Notes under the pieces: model-generated
Seen by the model: the letters and a program-made list of their open reading frames with translations, nothing else
Database searches by the model: none
What the model was told of the DNA's origin: nothing
Shown here: piece after piece, positions 11,906 to 21,517 of the stretch
How the letters are laid out: each line of letters starts with the position of its first letter
How positions within the stretch are numbered: the stretch's first letter is position 1
Position numbers and translations under genes: made by a program
NCBI GenBank assembly: GCA_040901985.1
Contig: JBBDYC010000019.1
Coordinates: 158,403 to 222,402 of the forward strand
Length of the DNA stretch: 64,000 bases
DNA from: Gemmatimonadaceae bacterium
Lineage (GTDB): Bacteria; Gemmatimonadota; Gemmatimonadetes; Gemmatimonadales; Gemmatimonadaceae
Direction: 5' to 3'

Positions 11906-12756
11906 AGGTCCTCGCGATCGGTGCCCACGGGCTGCTCGGCACCGCCTTCCGCGACACGGCGCCGACGGACGTGACGCTGATTGCGCCGCCGCACCGCGAG
12001 CTCGACCTGACCGACGCCGACGCGGTGGCGCGCGCGCTCGACCAGGCCGAGCCGGCGTGGGTGGTGAACTGCGCGGCGTTCACGGCCGTGGACGCGGCGG
12101 AGCAGGATCCGGAGGCGGCGGCGCGCCTGAACGCCGACGCGGTCGGGGCGCTCGGCCGCCTCGCCGCCGCGCGCGGCGTGCGGGTCCTCCTTCCCGGGAC
12201 GGACTATTTGTTTGCCGGCGAGTCCACGCGCCCGTATCGTGAGGACGACCTACCGCAGCCGCGTTCGGTCTACGCGCGCACGAAGTGGGAGGGGGAACAG
12301 CTCCTGCAGGCGAGCGGCGCTCGCGCGCTCATCGTGCGCAGCGGATGGCTGTTCGGTCGCGGGGGGCGGAACTTCCCGGCGACGATGTGGGCCCGCGCGC
12401 GCGCACACACGCCCTCGGCGGTGGTGGACGACCAGCGGGGCGCGCCGACCGCGGCGCTCGACCTCGCCGAATGGTGTTGGCGCCTGATTGGACGCGGCGA
12501 CGACGGCGTGGTGCACGCGACCAACGCCGGGTCGGCGACCTGGTTCGAGGTGGCGCAGGCGGCGTACGCGGCGGCCGCGTGGCCCGAGGGCGTGACCGTC
12601 ACGACCACCGCCGCCTTCGGTGCCCGCGCCAACCGCCCGCGCTACAGCGTGCTCGACTGCTCGCGCTTCGACGAGCGGTGCCCGGGCGGTCGTCGCGACT
12701 GGCGCGAGGCGCTCGCGCAGTACCTCGGGACGCTCGGCGCGGAGCGGGCGGCGTGA
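11902..12756 (+). CDS. rmlD: dTDP-4-dehydrorhamnose reductase
   Basis: GAHGLLG, NCAAFTAVDAAE, TDY.F.G, Y..TK..GE, VDDQ.G.PT. Confidence 0.93.
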   Translation: MKVLAIGAHGLLGTAFRDTAPTDVTLIAPPHRELDLTDADAVARALDQAEPAWVVNCAAFTAVDAAEQDPEAAARLNADAVGALGRLAAARGVRVLLPGTDYLFAGESTRPYREDDLPQPRSVYARTKWEGEQLLQASGARALIVRSGWLFGRGGRNFPATMWARARAHTPSAVVDDQRGAPTAALDLAEWCWRLIGRGDDGVVHATNAGSATWFEVAQAAYAAAAWPEGVTVTTTAAFGARANRPRYSVLDCSRFDERCPGGRRDWREALAQYLGTLGAERAA

Positions 12757-13325
12757 GCGCCGACATCCGGATCGAGCCGACGGAGATCCCCGACTGCGTC
12801 ATCGCGCACGTCGCGGCGCATCCCGACGCCCGCGGCTCGTTTCGCGAACTCTTTCGTGCCGATCGGTTTGCCGCCGCCGGCCTGCCGGCGACGATTGCGC
12901 AGGTGAACCACTCGCGCTCGGCCCGTGGCGTGGTCCGGGGCCTGCATTTCCAGTGGGAGCCGCCGATGGCCAAGCTGATGCGGGTCGGGCGCGGCGCTGC
13001 CTTCCTCGTGGCGGTGGACATCCGCCGCGGCTCACCGACCTGCGGTCGCGCCGTCTGGCGCACCGTCACCGCCGGCGCCGACCTCTGGCTCGTCGCGCCG
13101 GCCGGATTCGCCCGCGGCCTTCAGGCGCTGGAGGACGCGACCGAAGTCGAGTACCTCTGCACGGCGCCGTACGCGCCGGCACACGAGGGGGGGATCCGAT
13201 GGGACGACCCGGCGCTCGCGATCCCGTGGCCGATCCCGGACGCGATCCTCTCGCCGAAAGATCGCTCGGCGCCGACGCTCAGCGAGTGGCTGGCGGGTCC
13301 GACGGGCGGCGTCTTCGCGGTCTAG
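12753..13325 (+). CDS. rmlC: dTDP-4-dehydrorhamnose 3,5-epimerase
   Basis: D.RG.F.E, Q.NHS.S..GVVRGLHFQ, VAVDIR.GSPT.G, IRWDDP...I.WP, LS.KD. Confidence 0.94.
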   Translation: MSADIRIEPTEIPDCVIAHVAAHPDARGSFRELFRADRFAAAGLPATIAQVNHSRSARGVVRGLHFQWEPPMAKLMRVGRGAAFLVAVDIRRGSPTCGRAVWRTVTAGADLWLVAPAGFARGLQALEDATEVEYLCTAPYAPAHEGGIRWDDPALAIPWPIPDAILSPKDRSAPTLSEWLAGPTGGVFAV

Positions 13326-13396
13326 TTGCCCCTGGTGGATTCGAACCACCATTCTCGCATCCAAAGTGCGATGTCCTGCCATTGGACGAAGGGGCA
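13326..13396 (-). tRNA. tRNA-Gln(TTG), CCA not encoded
   Basis: TGCCCCT...TCGCA-CTTTGGA-TGCGA...GGTTCGAATCC...AGGGGCAA cloverleaf. Confidence 0.95.
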
Positions 13397-13437
13397 GCGC
13401 TGGCAGGGTGACTGATTCGAAGCTAACGGAGGCCGCA

Positions 13438-14319
13438 TCAGTCGAGCAACCGCACGGCGGCGACGCTCGTGCAGGTGCGGGTATGGACGACCTGCGCGCC
13501 GCTGGGCAACCCAGCGATCTCGGCCGGTGGACGGCGGTCGAAGATCCCGAACACCGACGAGCCGGACCCGCTCATCCGGGCAATCCGCGCCCCGGCGCCG
13601 CCGAGCGCGCCGACGCACTGCGCAATCTCGGGGTGGCGCGCGCTGACGACGGGCTCGAGGTCGTTTCCGGCCAGTCTCGCGACCGCGTCCCAGCGGTCGA
13701 GGTCGTCAATCGAGAGCGGGGCTGGTGCCGCCAGGGCCGAAGACGCGCGCGACTCGTCGAGCCAGCGGTAGGCGGCGGCCGTCTCGACGCCAAACGACGG
13801 CAGCGTCACCAGCACTTCGCGCGCGGGGAGCGAGCGGAGCGCCAGGATGCGCTCGCCGCGGCCCCAGGCGATGGCGAGCGCGGCGTCGGTCGCAAGGAAC
13901 GGCACGTCGGCGCCGACCTGGAAGGCGACCGTGGCGAGCGCCGCCGCGGTCAACGGCGTGGGCGCGAGGGCGTTGAGGGCGCGCAGGACGGCGCCCGCAT
14001 CGGCGCTGCCCCCGCCCAGTCCGCTGCCGACCGGGATCCGCTTCTCGACCGTGATCTGGAACCCGGTCGGCCACCCGCACGCCGCCGCAAAGGCGTCCGC
14101 GGCGCGCCAGGCGAGATTCTGTTCCACCGGGACCGACTCGAGCCCCGGACAAACGAGCTCGCGCTTGCCGGTATCCGTCGCGACGCGGATCGTGTCGGCA
14201 AGCTCGATCCGGACAAAGAGCGTCTCGATCTGATGGTAGCCCGATTCCTCGCGCGCAAGGACGCGCAGGACGACGTTGATCTTGGCTTGCGCCTCGACGC
14301 TGGCGGCGGACGCGGTCAT
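13438..14319 (-). CDS. ispE: 4-diphosphocytidyl-2-C-methyl-D-erythritol kinase
   Basis: AKINV.L.V, GYHQIET, KRIP.GSGLGGGSADA, GADVPF, NDLE, MSGSGS. Confidence 0.96.
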   Translation of the reverse strand: MTASAASVEAQAKINVVLRVLAREESGYHQIETLFVRIELADTIRVATDTGKRELVCPGLESVPVEQNLAWRAADAFAAACGWPTGFQITVEKRIPVGSGLGGGSADAGAVLRALNALAPTPLTAAALATVAFQVGADVPFLATDAALAIAWGRGERILALRSLPAREVLVTLPSFGVETAAAYRWLDESRASSALAAPAPLSIDDLDRWDAVARLAGNDLEPVVSARHPEIAQCVGALGGAGARIARMSGSGSSVFGIFDRRPPAEIAGLPSGAQVVHTRTCTSVAAVRLLD

Positions 14320-15338
14320 GGCGTTGCCGTCGGCGGGGGCGTCACGCCGCCGAGGTCGCGCAACCGCAGGTCGAGCCGGGCGACGTACCAGACCCCGATG
14401 ACGGTGATGGGGATGAACGAGAGCAGGTGGAAGCCGATCGCCCAGCTCACCGCGTTGGCCGCCGGGATGCCGTAGAGCCCGAGTCCGGCGGTGCCCGCCG
14501 CCTCGAAGAGGCCGAAGAATCCCGGCGACGACGGCAGTACGACGCTGATTGCGATCAACCCCTGGACGAAGAACGCCGCGGTCAGTGGTGCCGCGATGCC
14601 CAGCGCGCGGAAGCCGAGGTAGAACGCCGCGGCGTTGGTGAGCCAGTGGAGGAGCGTCCACCAGAGCACCTCGAGCACGAGCCGGGGTTCACGCAGCACG
14701 CGCAGCCCGCTCGCAAATCCGGTCAGCAGGGCGTGCACTTTCGTCACGCCGCGTGCCCAGACGGCGCCGGTGACGCGCTCCGCGACCTGGATGAACGGTT
14801 CCGGTTTCAGCACGAGCGCGTAGAGCGCGGCGATCGCGACGGTGAGTGCGAAGCCGGCCGAGACGGCGATGTTGCCGGCCGTGGCGCCAAGGACGGTGGC
14901 GTCGGCGGGGAACCGTGGGTCGAGCGTGGCGGCCACCATCAGCGCCAACACGACGATCCCGTCGAACACGCGGTCCACCACGAGCGAGCCGAAGGCGGCG
15001 GTGAACCGGACCTCGGGCCGTTCGCGCGAGAGGACGAAGGCGCGCGCCGGTTCCCCCGCGCGCGCGAGGAGGACGTTGTTGACCATCATTCCGATTGCTG
15101 TGGCGCGCCAGAGCGGGGCCACCGGCAGCCGGCCGACGAGTGGCACGAGGATCGCCTGCCAGCGACGCGCGCGGAGCGGGAAAATCACGGTGGCGGTGAC
15201 GGCACTGAGCAGCCAGAGCGGGAGGCTCGACGTCGCAAGGATCCTCCAGACGGCGCGCAGGTCCACGCCGCGCAGCGTCAGCCAGAGGAGCAGGACACTG
15301 AGCGCGATCCCCAGCACCCCGCGCCAGTCAAGGCGCAC
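14316..15338 (-). CDS. Lysylphosphatidylglycerol-synthase TM / UPF0104 flippase-like membrane protein
   Basis: R..RW, IG.M.NN.L.AR.GE..R, DR.FD, PSSPG.FG.FE motifs. Confidence 0.85.
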   Translation of the reverse strand: MRLDWRGVLGIALSVLLLWLTLRGVDLRAVWRILATSSLPLWLLSAVTATVIFPLRARRWQAILVPLVGRLPVAPLWRATAIGMMVNNVLLARAGEPARAFVLSRERPEVRFTAAFGSLVVDRVFDGIVVLALMVAATLDPRFPADATVLGATAGNIAVSAGFALTVAIAALYALVLKPEPFIQVAERVTGAVWARGVTKVHALLTGFASGLRVLREPRLVLEVLWWTLLHWLTNAAAFYLGFRALGIAAPLTAAFFVQGLIAISVVLPSSPGFFGLFEAAGTAGLGLYGIPAANAVSWAIGFHLLSFIPITVIGVWYVARLDLRLRDLGGVTPPPTATP

Positions 15339-15343
15339 CGGCG

Positions 15344-16879
15344 TCAGTCCGCCGCTGCGAGCTGCAGCAGGTCGTACAGTTCGGCGAGGGTCTGTGGGTC
15401 CGGCGCGCCGTCCGCCGTCCGCAGCTCCTCGCCGAGCGCAGCGGCCCGGGCGAGCGCATCGCGGCCGCGGAAGAGGAGCTCGTCAATCGGGATGACATCG
15501 TCCTCCGGACCGACGAGGGGCTCGGCGAGATGCTCGGTGGCGAGCGGCGCGAGTCCGTCGAGTCCGGACGCGAGGAGTCCGTGGAGGGCGGCGCCGGACA
15601 GGGCGGCGCCGGTCGTGGGCCCGCCGGTCGTGGGCCCGCCGGTCGTGGGCCCGCCGGTCGTGGCGGCGGCGGACGGGGCGCCGCCGGCGACCGTGGCCGT
15701 GGAAAGCTCGGCGCTCAATGCACCGAAGGACGCCGTGAGGGAACTCGGCTCGACCTCGGACGCGCTGAGCAGGGCCGCCGCCCGGTCGAGGACGTCGAGC
15801 GTGTGCGCCTCGAGCGCGGCGGCATTTCGCTCGGCGGCGATGAACACGTTGGCTATCTCGGTCGCGCCGAAACTCTGGGCGGCGCGGGCGATGGCGCGCA
15901 CGGCGCCCCGCAGTTCGCGGCTCAGGCGCTCCCGCGTCGCGGCATCGGCGGCGCCGCGACCGTCGGCGACAAGGCGCCGCAGGTGCTCGGCCTGGCTCAC
16001 CACCTCGAGACGGAACCGGTTGGCAGAGGTGGTCGGCGGATGCGACGCGGACTGGACTGCGCCGCCCGCGGCGTCGTCGGGGAAGAGGGAGGCGATCGGC
16101 ACGACGTCGTCGCCGTCCCCCGCGTCGCGGCTCAGCGTGGCGGAGGCGTGGGCGAACTCGCGCACGGCGACCGAATCCGTCGGGGGCACCCCGCCGTTGC
16201 GGATGGCGTCGCCGCCTTCGAGGAGGACGCGGGCGGCGGTGCGGAAGAGCCGTCGCCGTTCGGCGGTCGCATCCTCGTGCCCGAGTTCGATTGCCTTGGC
16301 GGCGGCGTCCACGGCGTCCACGACCTCGCTGAGCGGCGGCAGGTCCTTGAGCGCGGCGACGCCGCGCAGGGCGCGGACCTTGCCCATCACGTCGCCGAAG
16401 CCCTCCCGCGACCCGGGTTGCTCGGCGTACTCGAGGAGTCCGGCGGCCGCGTCGGTGGCCGCGGCGGCGAGGTAAGCGGCACCGCTCTTGGCCGGCTCGG
16501 CGCTGGCGCGCTTCGGCGCGATCCGCTCGAGTTCGGCAATCCGCTCCGCGGCGCGCGCATCCTCGGCGGGTCCCCAGGTGCGGACGCCGCGGATGAGGAT
16601 CTTGGCGTCGTCAATCGCGGCGATCGCGACGCCGCGCGACGACGCATCCCAGGCGAGGTCACCGTCGCGGACGCGCCGGGCGAGCCGCTCGAGGCCGTGG
16701 GCGACCTCGGCGACGCCGTTCACCTTGGCCATCGTCGCGCTGCCGCGGAGCGCGCGGATCGTGCGCGCGAAGGCGTCCGCGTCGGGCGGGGCCGCCGACG
16801 CGCGCGACACGAGGGCGTCGAGCTGCTCGACGTACTCGCTGGCCTCCAAGGTGAAGAAATCGAGCAATCCGCCCGTCAT
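15344..16879 (-). CDS. Multi-Hpt-like helical protein lacking the phosphoacceptor His
   Basis: N-terminal F..EA.EY...L...RALRGSA.MA....V..VA..LE resembles a CheA-P1/Hpt bundle. Confidence 0.7.
   Translation of the reverse strand: MTGGLLDFFTLEASEYVEQLDALVSRASAAPPDADAFARTIRALRGSATMAKVNGVAEVAHGLERLARRVRDGDLAWDASSRGVAIAAIDDAKILIRGVRTWGPAEDARAAERIAELERIAPKRASAEPAKSGAAYLAAAATDAAAGLLEYAEQPGSREGFGDVMGKVRALRGVAALKDLPPLSEVVDAVDAAAKAIELGHEDATAERRRLFRTAARVLLEGGDAIRNGGVPPTDSVAVREFAHASATLSRDAGDGDDVVPIASLFPDDAAGGAVQSASHPPTTSANRFRLEVVSQAEHLRRLVADGRGAADAATRERLSRELRGAVRAIARAAQSFGATEIANVFIAAERNAAALEAHTLDVLDRAAALLSASEVEPSSLTASFGALSAELSTATVAGGAPSAAATTGGPTTGGPTTGGPTTGAALSGAALHGLLASGLDGLAPLATEHLAEPLVGPEDDVIPIDELLFRGRDALARAAALGEELRTADGAPDPQTLAELYDLLQLAAAD
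15607..15663. repeat. In-frame 15-bp tandem repeat (TTGGP)n
   Basis: CGCCGGTCGTGGGCC x3.8. Confidence 0.92.
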
Positions 16880-16928
16880 CGCGCCTCCGCGCAGTCCGCG
16901 CTAATGGTGGCCGGAAGCACGACCCCGG

Positions 16929-17654
16929 TCAACGGGGCCGCGCCGCGTCCATCGCCGTGCGCATCGCGCGCACGGCCGCCTCGAGTCCGACGAAGACTGC
17001 ATGACTGACGATCGAGTGGCCGATGTTCAACTCCTCGCACTCGGGAATCGCCGCCACCGGGCCGACGTTCTCGAGGGTCAGGCCGTGCCCGGCGTGGACG
17101 GCGAGGCCGAGCGCCTTGGCCTGGCGAGCAGCGTCCCGCAACGCCCTGAGCGCGCCGGGAATCCTCGGGAGGTGGCAGTAGCGGCCGGTGTGGAGCTCGA
17201 TTGCGGGGACGCCAAGCGCGGCGGCGCGGGCCACCTGGTCGGCGTCGGCATCTATGAAGAGGGAGACGCGGATTCCGGCGGCGGCGAGGGGGGCGATTGT
17301 CGCGGCCAGGCGCGCCGGATCGGCCGCGAGGTCGAGCCCACCTTCGGTCGTCACCTCTTCGCGCCGTTCCGGGACCAGGGTCACCTGGTGCGGCCGGAGG
17401 CGGAGCGCGATCGCGGTCATCTCCGCGGTCGCCGCCATCTCGAGATTGAGTGGCGTGCGGATGGCCGGACCGAGTGCCATCACGTCGGCGTCCTGGATGT
17501 GCCGGCGATCCTCGCGCAGGTGCACCGTGATGCCATCCGCGCCGGCGGCCTCGCAGCGAAGCGCCGCGGCGACGGGGTCGGGGTACGTGGCTCGACGGGC
17601 CTGCCGCAACGTCGCGACGTGGTCAATGTTGATGTACAGGCGTTGGCGGGTCAT
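16929..17654 (-). CDS. pdxJ: Pyridoxine 5'-phosphate synthase
   Basis: [47 protein letters not shown]. Confidence 0.97.
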   Translation of the reverse strand: MTRQRLYINIDHVATLRQARRATYPDPVAAALRCEAAGADGITVHLREDRRHIQDADVMALGPAIRTPLNLEMAATAEMTAIALRLRPHQVTLVPERREEVTTEGGLDLAADPARLAATIAPLAAAGIRVSLFIDADADQVARAAALGVPAIELHTGRYCHLPRIPGALRALRDAARQAKALGLAVHAGHGLTLENVGPVAAIPECEELNIGHSIVSHAVFVGLEAAVRAMRTAMDAARPR

Positions 17655-17689
17655 CTTTGCAGGGACACCCTTGGCCTCGGAGTGAACTG

Positions 17690-18157
17690 GTGAGACGTGG
17701 ATTGCGGTGGATGGGAGTGGCGATGGTCGCGCTGGCCGGATGCCGGGCGCCCAGCACCGGCGTCCCGCCGGGTGCCGAGAGCTCGGAACAGGCGGTGGCG
17801 CAGTTCCTCAGCGGGGCCCGGAGCGAGGACTTGCAGGCGATCTCGGCGGTCTGGGGCAACGACCTGGCGCCGGCTCGCGAACGGATGGACCGGCGGGAGC
17901 TGGAGCAGCGGCTCCTGATCTTCACGCGATGCCTCAGGCACGACGCGTCGCTCGTCGGCGTGGCGCGCCGGGGCGAGAACGGACGCACCGTGCACGACGT
18001 CGAGATGACCCAGGGCGCGAAGAAAGCCACGGTGGCGTTCAAGACGATCCGCAACGTCCGGTCGGGCCGGTGGTACGTCGAGGAATTTGACCTGGAGGCG
18101 GCGCGCCCGTTCTGCGCGCGGTCGTCGGGTGGCGGACACGGGCTTAGTATTCGCTGA
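17690..18157 (+). CDS. Hypothetical lipoprotein
   Basis: GGAG then GTG; lipobox LAGC; NTF2-like ending ([10 protein letters not shown]). Confidence 0.65.
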   Translation: MRRGLRWMGVAMVALAGCRAPSTGVPPGAESSEQAVAQFLSGARSEDLQAISAVWGNDLAPARERMDRRELEQRLLIFTRCLRHDASLVGVARRGENGRTVHDVEMTQGAKKATVAFKTIRNVRSGRWYVEEFDLEAARPFCARSSGGGHGLSIR

Positions 18158-18554
18158 GTTCGATGAGCACCCCAGCCGTGGATCTGGGGTGCAGGAAGGC
18201 GATCCGTTTTCCCTCGGCGCCACGCCGGGGCTGCTGGTCGATCAACTGGATCCCGGCGGCGCGGCAACGCTCGAGGGTGCGGTCGAGGTCGTCCACGGCG
18301 AAACAAATGTGATGGATGCCGGGGCCGCGCCTTTCGAGGAACTTTCCGATTGGGGAAGCGGATTCATTGGGTTCGAGGAGTTCGACCAGCGGGCCGCCGG
18401 CGTCGAGGCCGGCAATCCGGGCGCCGTCGGCGTCGTCGAGGGGCGTCTCCGCGAGGCCGAGGATATCACGATACAAGGGCAGGATCGCCGTGAGGGATTC
18501 GACGGCGATGCCGATGTGAGCGATGCGGGTCCTGCGGGGCGAGGGGGCGTGCAT
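18144..18554 (-). CDS. mce: Methylmalonyl-CoA epimerase (VOC family)
   Basis: HIGIAV, ELLEP....SPI.KFL..RGPGIHHIC, GAEG..IAFLHP....GVLIEL. Confidence 0.92.
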   Translation of the reverse strand: MHAPSPRRTRIAHIGIAVESLTAILPLYRDILGLAETPLDDADGARIAGLDAGGPLVELLEPNESASPIGKFLERRGPGIHHICFAVDDLDRTLERCRAAGIQLIDQQPRRGAEGKRIAFLHPRSTAGVLIELSEY

Positions 18555-18662
18555 GGACAGGGGTGGCCTCGGTAGCGTGCGTCGCGCAAGGGGTCGCCGT
18601 AACGTTAGCGCGGGTCCGCGGTGCGCGGCACCTCAGGATCCGCTGGAGCCAAGGGAGACGCG

Positions 18663-18989
18663 ATGTCGAAGACGATGGCGGTGACGGACGATTCGTTCGC
18701 GAGCGAGGTGGAACAGCACAGCGGCCTGGCGGTGGTGGACTTCTGGGCGACCTGGTGCGGGCCGTGCCGGATGATCGCCCCCATCCTCGAGCAGCTCAGC
18801 GAGGAGTTCGCCGGACGGGTCAAGGTGACGAAGCTCGACGTGGATGCCAATCAGAAGACGGCGATGCGCTTCCAGGTGCGGTCGATCCCGACCCTGCTGT
18901 TCTTCAAGGACGGGAAGCTGGTGGACCAGGTGATCGGCGCGGTGCCGAAACCGGCGCTCGTGGCGAAGTTCGAGCAGCACGCGGCTTAG
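18663..18989 (+). CDS. trxA: Thioredoxin
   Basis: DFWATWCGPC, SIPTLL.FK.G. Confidence 0.97.
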   Translation: MSKTMAVTDDSFASEVEQHSGLAVVDFWATWCGPCRMIAPILEQLSEEFAGRVKVTKLDVDANQKTAMRFQVRSIPTLLFFKDGKLVDQVIGAVPKPALVAKFEQHAA

Positions 18990-19005
18990 GGCGGCTCGAC
19001 GCGCA

Positions 19006-19986
19006 ATGGCGCTGACCCGGGACGCCATTCGATATCCGGCCAAGCGGATCCTGCTCCAACGGACCCGCTTGGCCTATGTGCATCTGCGCAACCTCCTGAC
19101 CGATGCCAAGCGCGATCGGGCCGCGCGCGTCTCCGGCTACGTCGCCGTCTGGATGCCCGAGGAACTGCTGGTGCTGTTTCTCGAGGAGGGCGAGGTCGTC
19201 AATGCCACCGCCAGCGCTGATGGCATGCATTTCACGCCGGTGGCGATCAGCGATGCGATCAGCCGGGTGCCGGCCTCGGCGGAATACGGGAGCGTCTGCT
19301 TCCACGAGACGTCGGACCAGCTGCTCGACCTGATGTATGCCAGCCAGACAGGGACGCCCGTGCCCTGGCCGCGGGAGCTGGTGCCGACGGACACCGACGC
19401 CCTGCTCGCCTTTCTGTACGCGACGATGCACGACGGCGCGCTCGAGATCATCACCGACGGCGCCGTGAACTACGTCGCGGTGAAGGCGGGGAAGCCATCG
19501 CAAGGGTACTTCGTGGACCCGCGGCCGGGGGACGTCGCGGTCTCGCTCCGCACACTGCTCGACACACGGATCCACGCGCAGGCACCGCTGGTGCGGCTCT
19601 GGCCGCCCGCCGAGGCGCTGCCGGCGCAGGCCTCGCCGGCGCTGATCCAGGCCTACCGCGAGCTGATCGGCGCGCTCACCGCGCGGCTGCGCGAGTCGGG
19701 CAAGGCGGCGGCAGACGACGTGACCGAAGGCGCCCGCCGGTCGCTCGTCGCACGCCACCCGCTGCTCGACCGCTTCTCGCCGTCGCTACCGACGGTGAAG
19801 GATCCGGTGACCGACGCGCAGGCGCTGACGAAGGCGATCGCGGCGTGGATCGGCGACATCCTCTGGGCCGCGGCGCCGGAGGGGACCACGCCGGAGGATC
19901 TCCTGCGCGCGCTGACCGCCTCGCGCCGACACGTCTTCCAGTCCGCGGGGCTCTACGATGCGCTCCCGTGGAAGGTGCACTGGTGA
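19006..19986 (+). CDS. Conserved hypothetical protein, possible tandem PATAN/DUF4388-like modules
   Basis: SGYV.V......LFLEEGEVVNA and DGALEI......Y.....G.P patterns; GC-biased codon usage. Confidence 0.6.
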   Translation: MALTRDAIRYPAKRILLQRTRLAYVHLRNLLTDAKRDRAARVSGYVAVWMPEELLVLFLEEGEVVNATASADGMHFTPVAISDAISRVPASAEYGSVCFHETSDQLLDLMYASQTGTPVPWPRELVPTDTDALLAFLYATMHDGALEIITDGAVNYVAVKAGKPSQGYFVDPRPGDVAVSLRTLLDTRIHAQAPLVRLWPPAEALPAQASPALIQAYRELIGALTARLRESGKAAADDVTEGARRSLVARHPLLDRFSPSLPTVKDPVTDAQALTKAIAAWIGDILWAAAPEGTTPEDLLRALTASRRHVFQSAGLYDALPWKVHW

Positions 19987-20822
19987 GCGCCGCTGACGCG
20001 GCCAACCGGGGGACCCTCTTTGTCGTCAGCACCCCAATCGGGAACCTCGGGGACCTCAGCCCGCGAGCGGTGGAGGTGCTCGGCCGGGTCGGGGCAATCC
20101 TCGCCGAGGACACGCGGCACTCGCGCGTGCTCTGCGACCGCTACGCCCTCAAGACGCCGCTGATCGCCCATCACGGGCACAACGAGGCCAAGACGACGCC
20201 GGGCCTCGTGGCGCGCCTCCTCGCGGGGGAGTCGCTCGCGCTGATCACCGACGCCGGCACGCCCCTGGTCTCCGACCCCGGCGCGCGGATCGTGCGCGCG
20301 GCGATCGAGGCCGGGGTGACGATCTCGCCGATCCCGGGCGCGTCGGCGCTCCTCGCCGCCCTCGCCGGCGCCGGCCTGCCGACCGAGCGCTTCACCTTCT
20401 ACGGCTTCCTTGAGCGCCGCGGCGGCGACCGCTCGCGCGCGATCGCCGAGATCGTCGCGCTCGCCCACACGGCGGTGCTCCATGAGGCGCCCGGCCGCGT
20501 GGCGGCAACCCTGGCCGATCTCGCGGCGGCCGGCGCCGGGAATCGCGACGCCGTCGTCGCCCGCGAATTGACCAAGACGTACGAGGAGTTCCGGCGCGGA
20601 ACGGTGGCGGACCTCGCTGCCTACTACGGGGCAACGGAACCGCGAGGGGAGATCGTGCTGGTGATCGCCGGGGCGGCGGACACGCCGCTGGACGAGGACG
20701 CCCTGCGCGCGCGCGCCGAGTCGCTGCGCGCGGCCGGCCGTTCGGCACGCGAGATCACGCAGCTCCTGATGGCCGAGGACGGCGCCCCCCGCAACCTCGC
20801 CTACCGTCTGGCGCACGAGTGA
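19983..20822 (+). CDS. rsmI: 16S rRNA C1402 2'-O-methyltransferase
   Basis: LFVVSTPIGNL.D, EDTR, DAGTP.VSDPG, ARELTK.YEEF.RG. Confidence 0.96.
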   Translation: MSAADAANRGTLFVVSTPIGNLGDLSPRAVEVLGRVGAILAEDTRHSRVLCDRYALKTPLIAHHGHNEAKTTPGLVARLLAGESLALITDAGTPLVSDPGARIVRAAIEAGVTISPIPGASALLAALAGAGLPTERFTFYGFLERRGGDRSRAIAEIVALAHTAVLHEAPGRVAATLADLAAAGAGNRDAVVARELTKTYEEFRRGTVADLAAYYGATEPRGEIVLVIAGAADTPLDEDALRARAESLRAAGRSAREITQLLMAEDGAPRNLAYRLAHE

Positions 20823-21517
20823 GGCGGCGTGGGCGCGTGACGGGGCTCGGGCTCGCCGCCGCGGCGCTCGTTGCGGCGGCGCCGGCCCCGCTTGCCGAGC
20901 TCTCACCGACCGCAAGCATTACGATCGCCCGCCTCCAGTACGACGGCGACGACTGGTACGCCAACCCGTCGAGTCTCCCCAACCTGATTCGCGCGGTCCG
21001 CGAGCGGACCACGCTCGCCGTCGAACCGAACGAGGTGCGCCTCACGCTGCTCGACGACCGCCTCTGGGACCAGGCGTTCCTCCACCTGACCGGGCACGGA
21101 CAGATCCGCCTCGCCGAGCGCGAGGTGGAGCGGCTCCGCACGTATCTGCTGCGCGGCGGGTTCCTCCACGCCGACGACAACTACGGGCTCGACGCGCATT
21201 TCCGCCGGGAGATCGCGCGCGTCTTCCCGGACCGGGCGCTGGTGGACGTGCCGCTCGACCATCCGATCTACCGGATCGTCTATCCGTTCCCCCAGGGCGT
21301 GCCGAAGATTCACGAGCACGACGGGAAGCCGCCGCGCGGCCTCGGCATCTTCGTCGGTGAGCGGCTCGTCGTCTTCTATTCGCACGAGAGCGACCTCGGC
21401 AACGGCTGGGAGGATGTCGGGACCTATCCCGACGACCCGCCGGCGCTGCACGAGGCGGCGCTGCGGATGGGCGTCAACCTGGTGGCCTATGCCGTCACGA
21501 GCGGGGTGGGGCGATGA
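20819..21517 (+). CDS. DUF4159-domain protein with signal peptide
   Basis: ARLQY.GDDWY.NP, L.LTGHG, YL..GGFL.ADDNYG, DLG.GWED, A.RMG.N. Confidence 0.85.
   Translation: MRRRGRVTGLGLAAAALVAAAPAPLAELSPTASITIARLQYDGDDWYANPSSLPNLIRAVRERTTLAVEPNEVRLTLLDDRLWDQAFLHLTGHGQIRLAEREVERLRTYLLRGGFLHADDNYGLDAHFRREIARVFPDRALVDVPLDHPIYRIVYPFPQGVPKIHEHDGKPPRGLGIFVGERLVVFYSHESDLGNGWEDVGTYPDDPPALHEAALRMGVNLVAYAVTSGVGR

Noticed and set aside
18144..18554. mce as a foreign insertion (opposite strand, some AT-ending codons, 14-nt tail overlap)
   Set aside because: No boundary repeats or mobility signs; convergent overlaps are common in this window.
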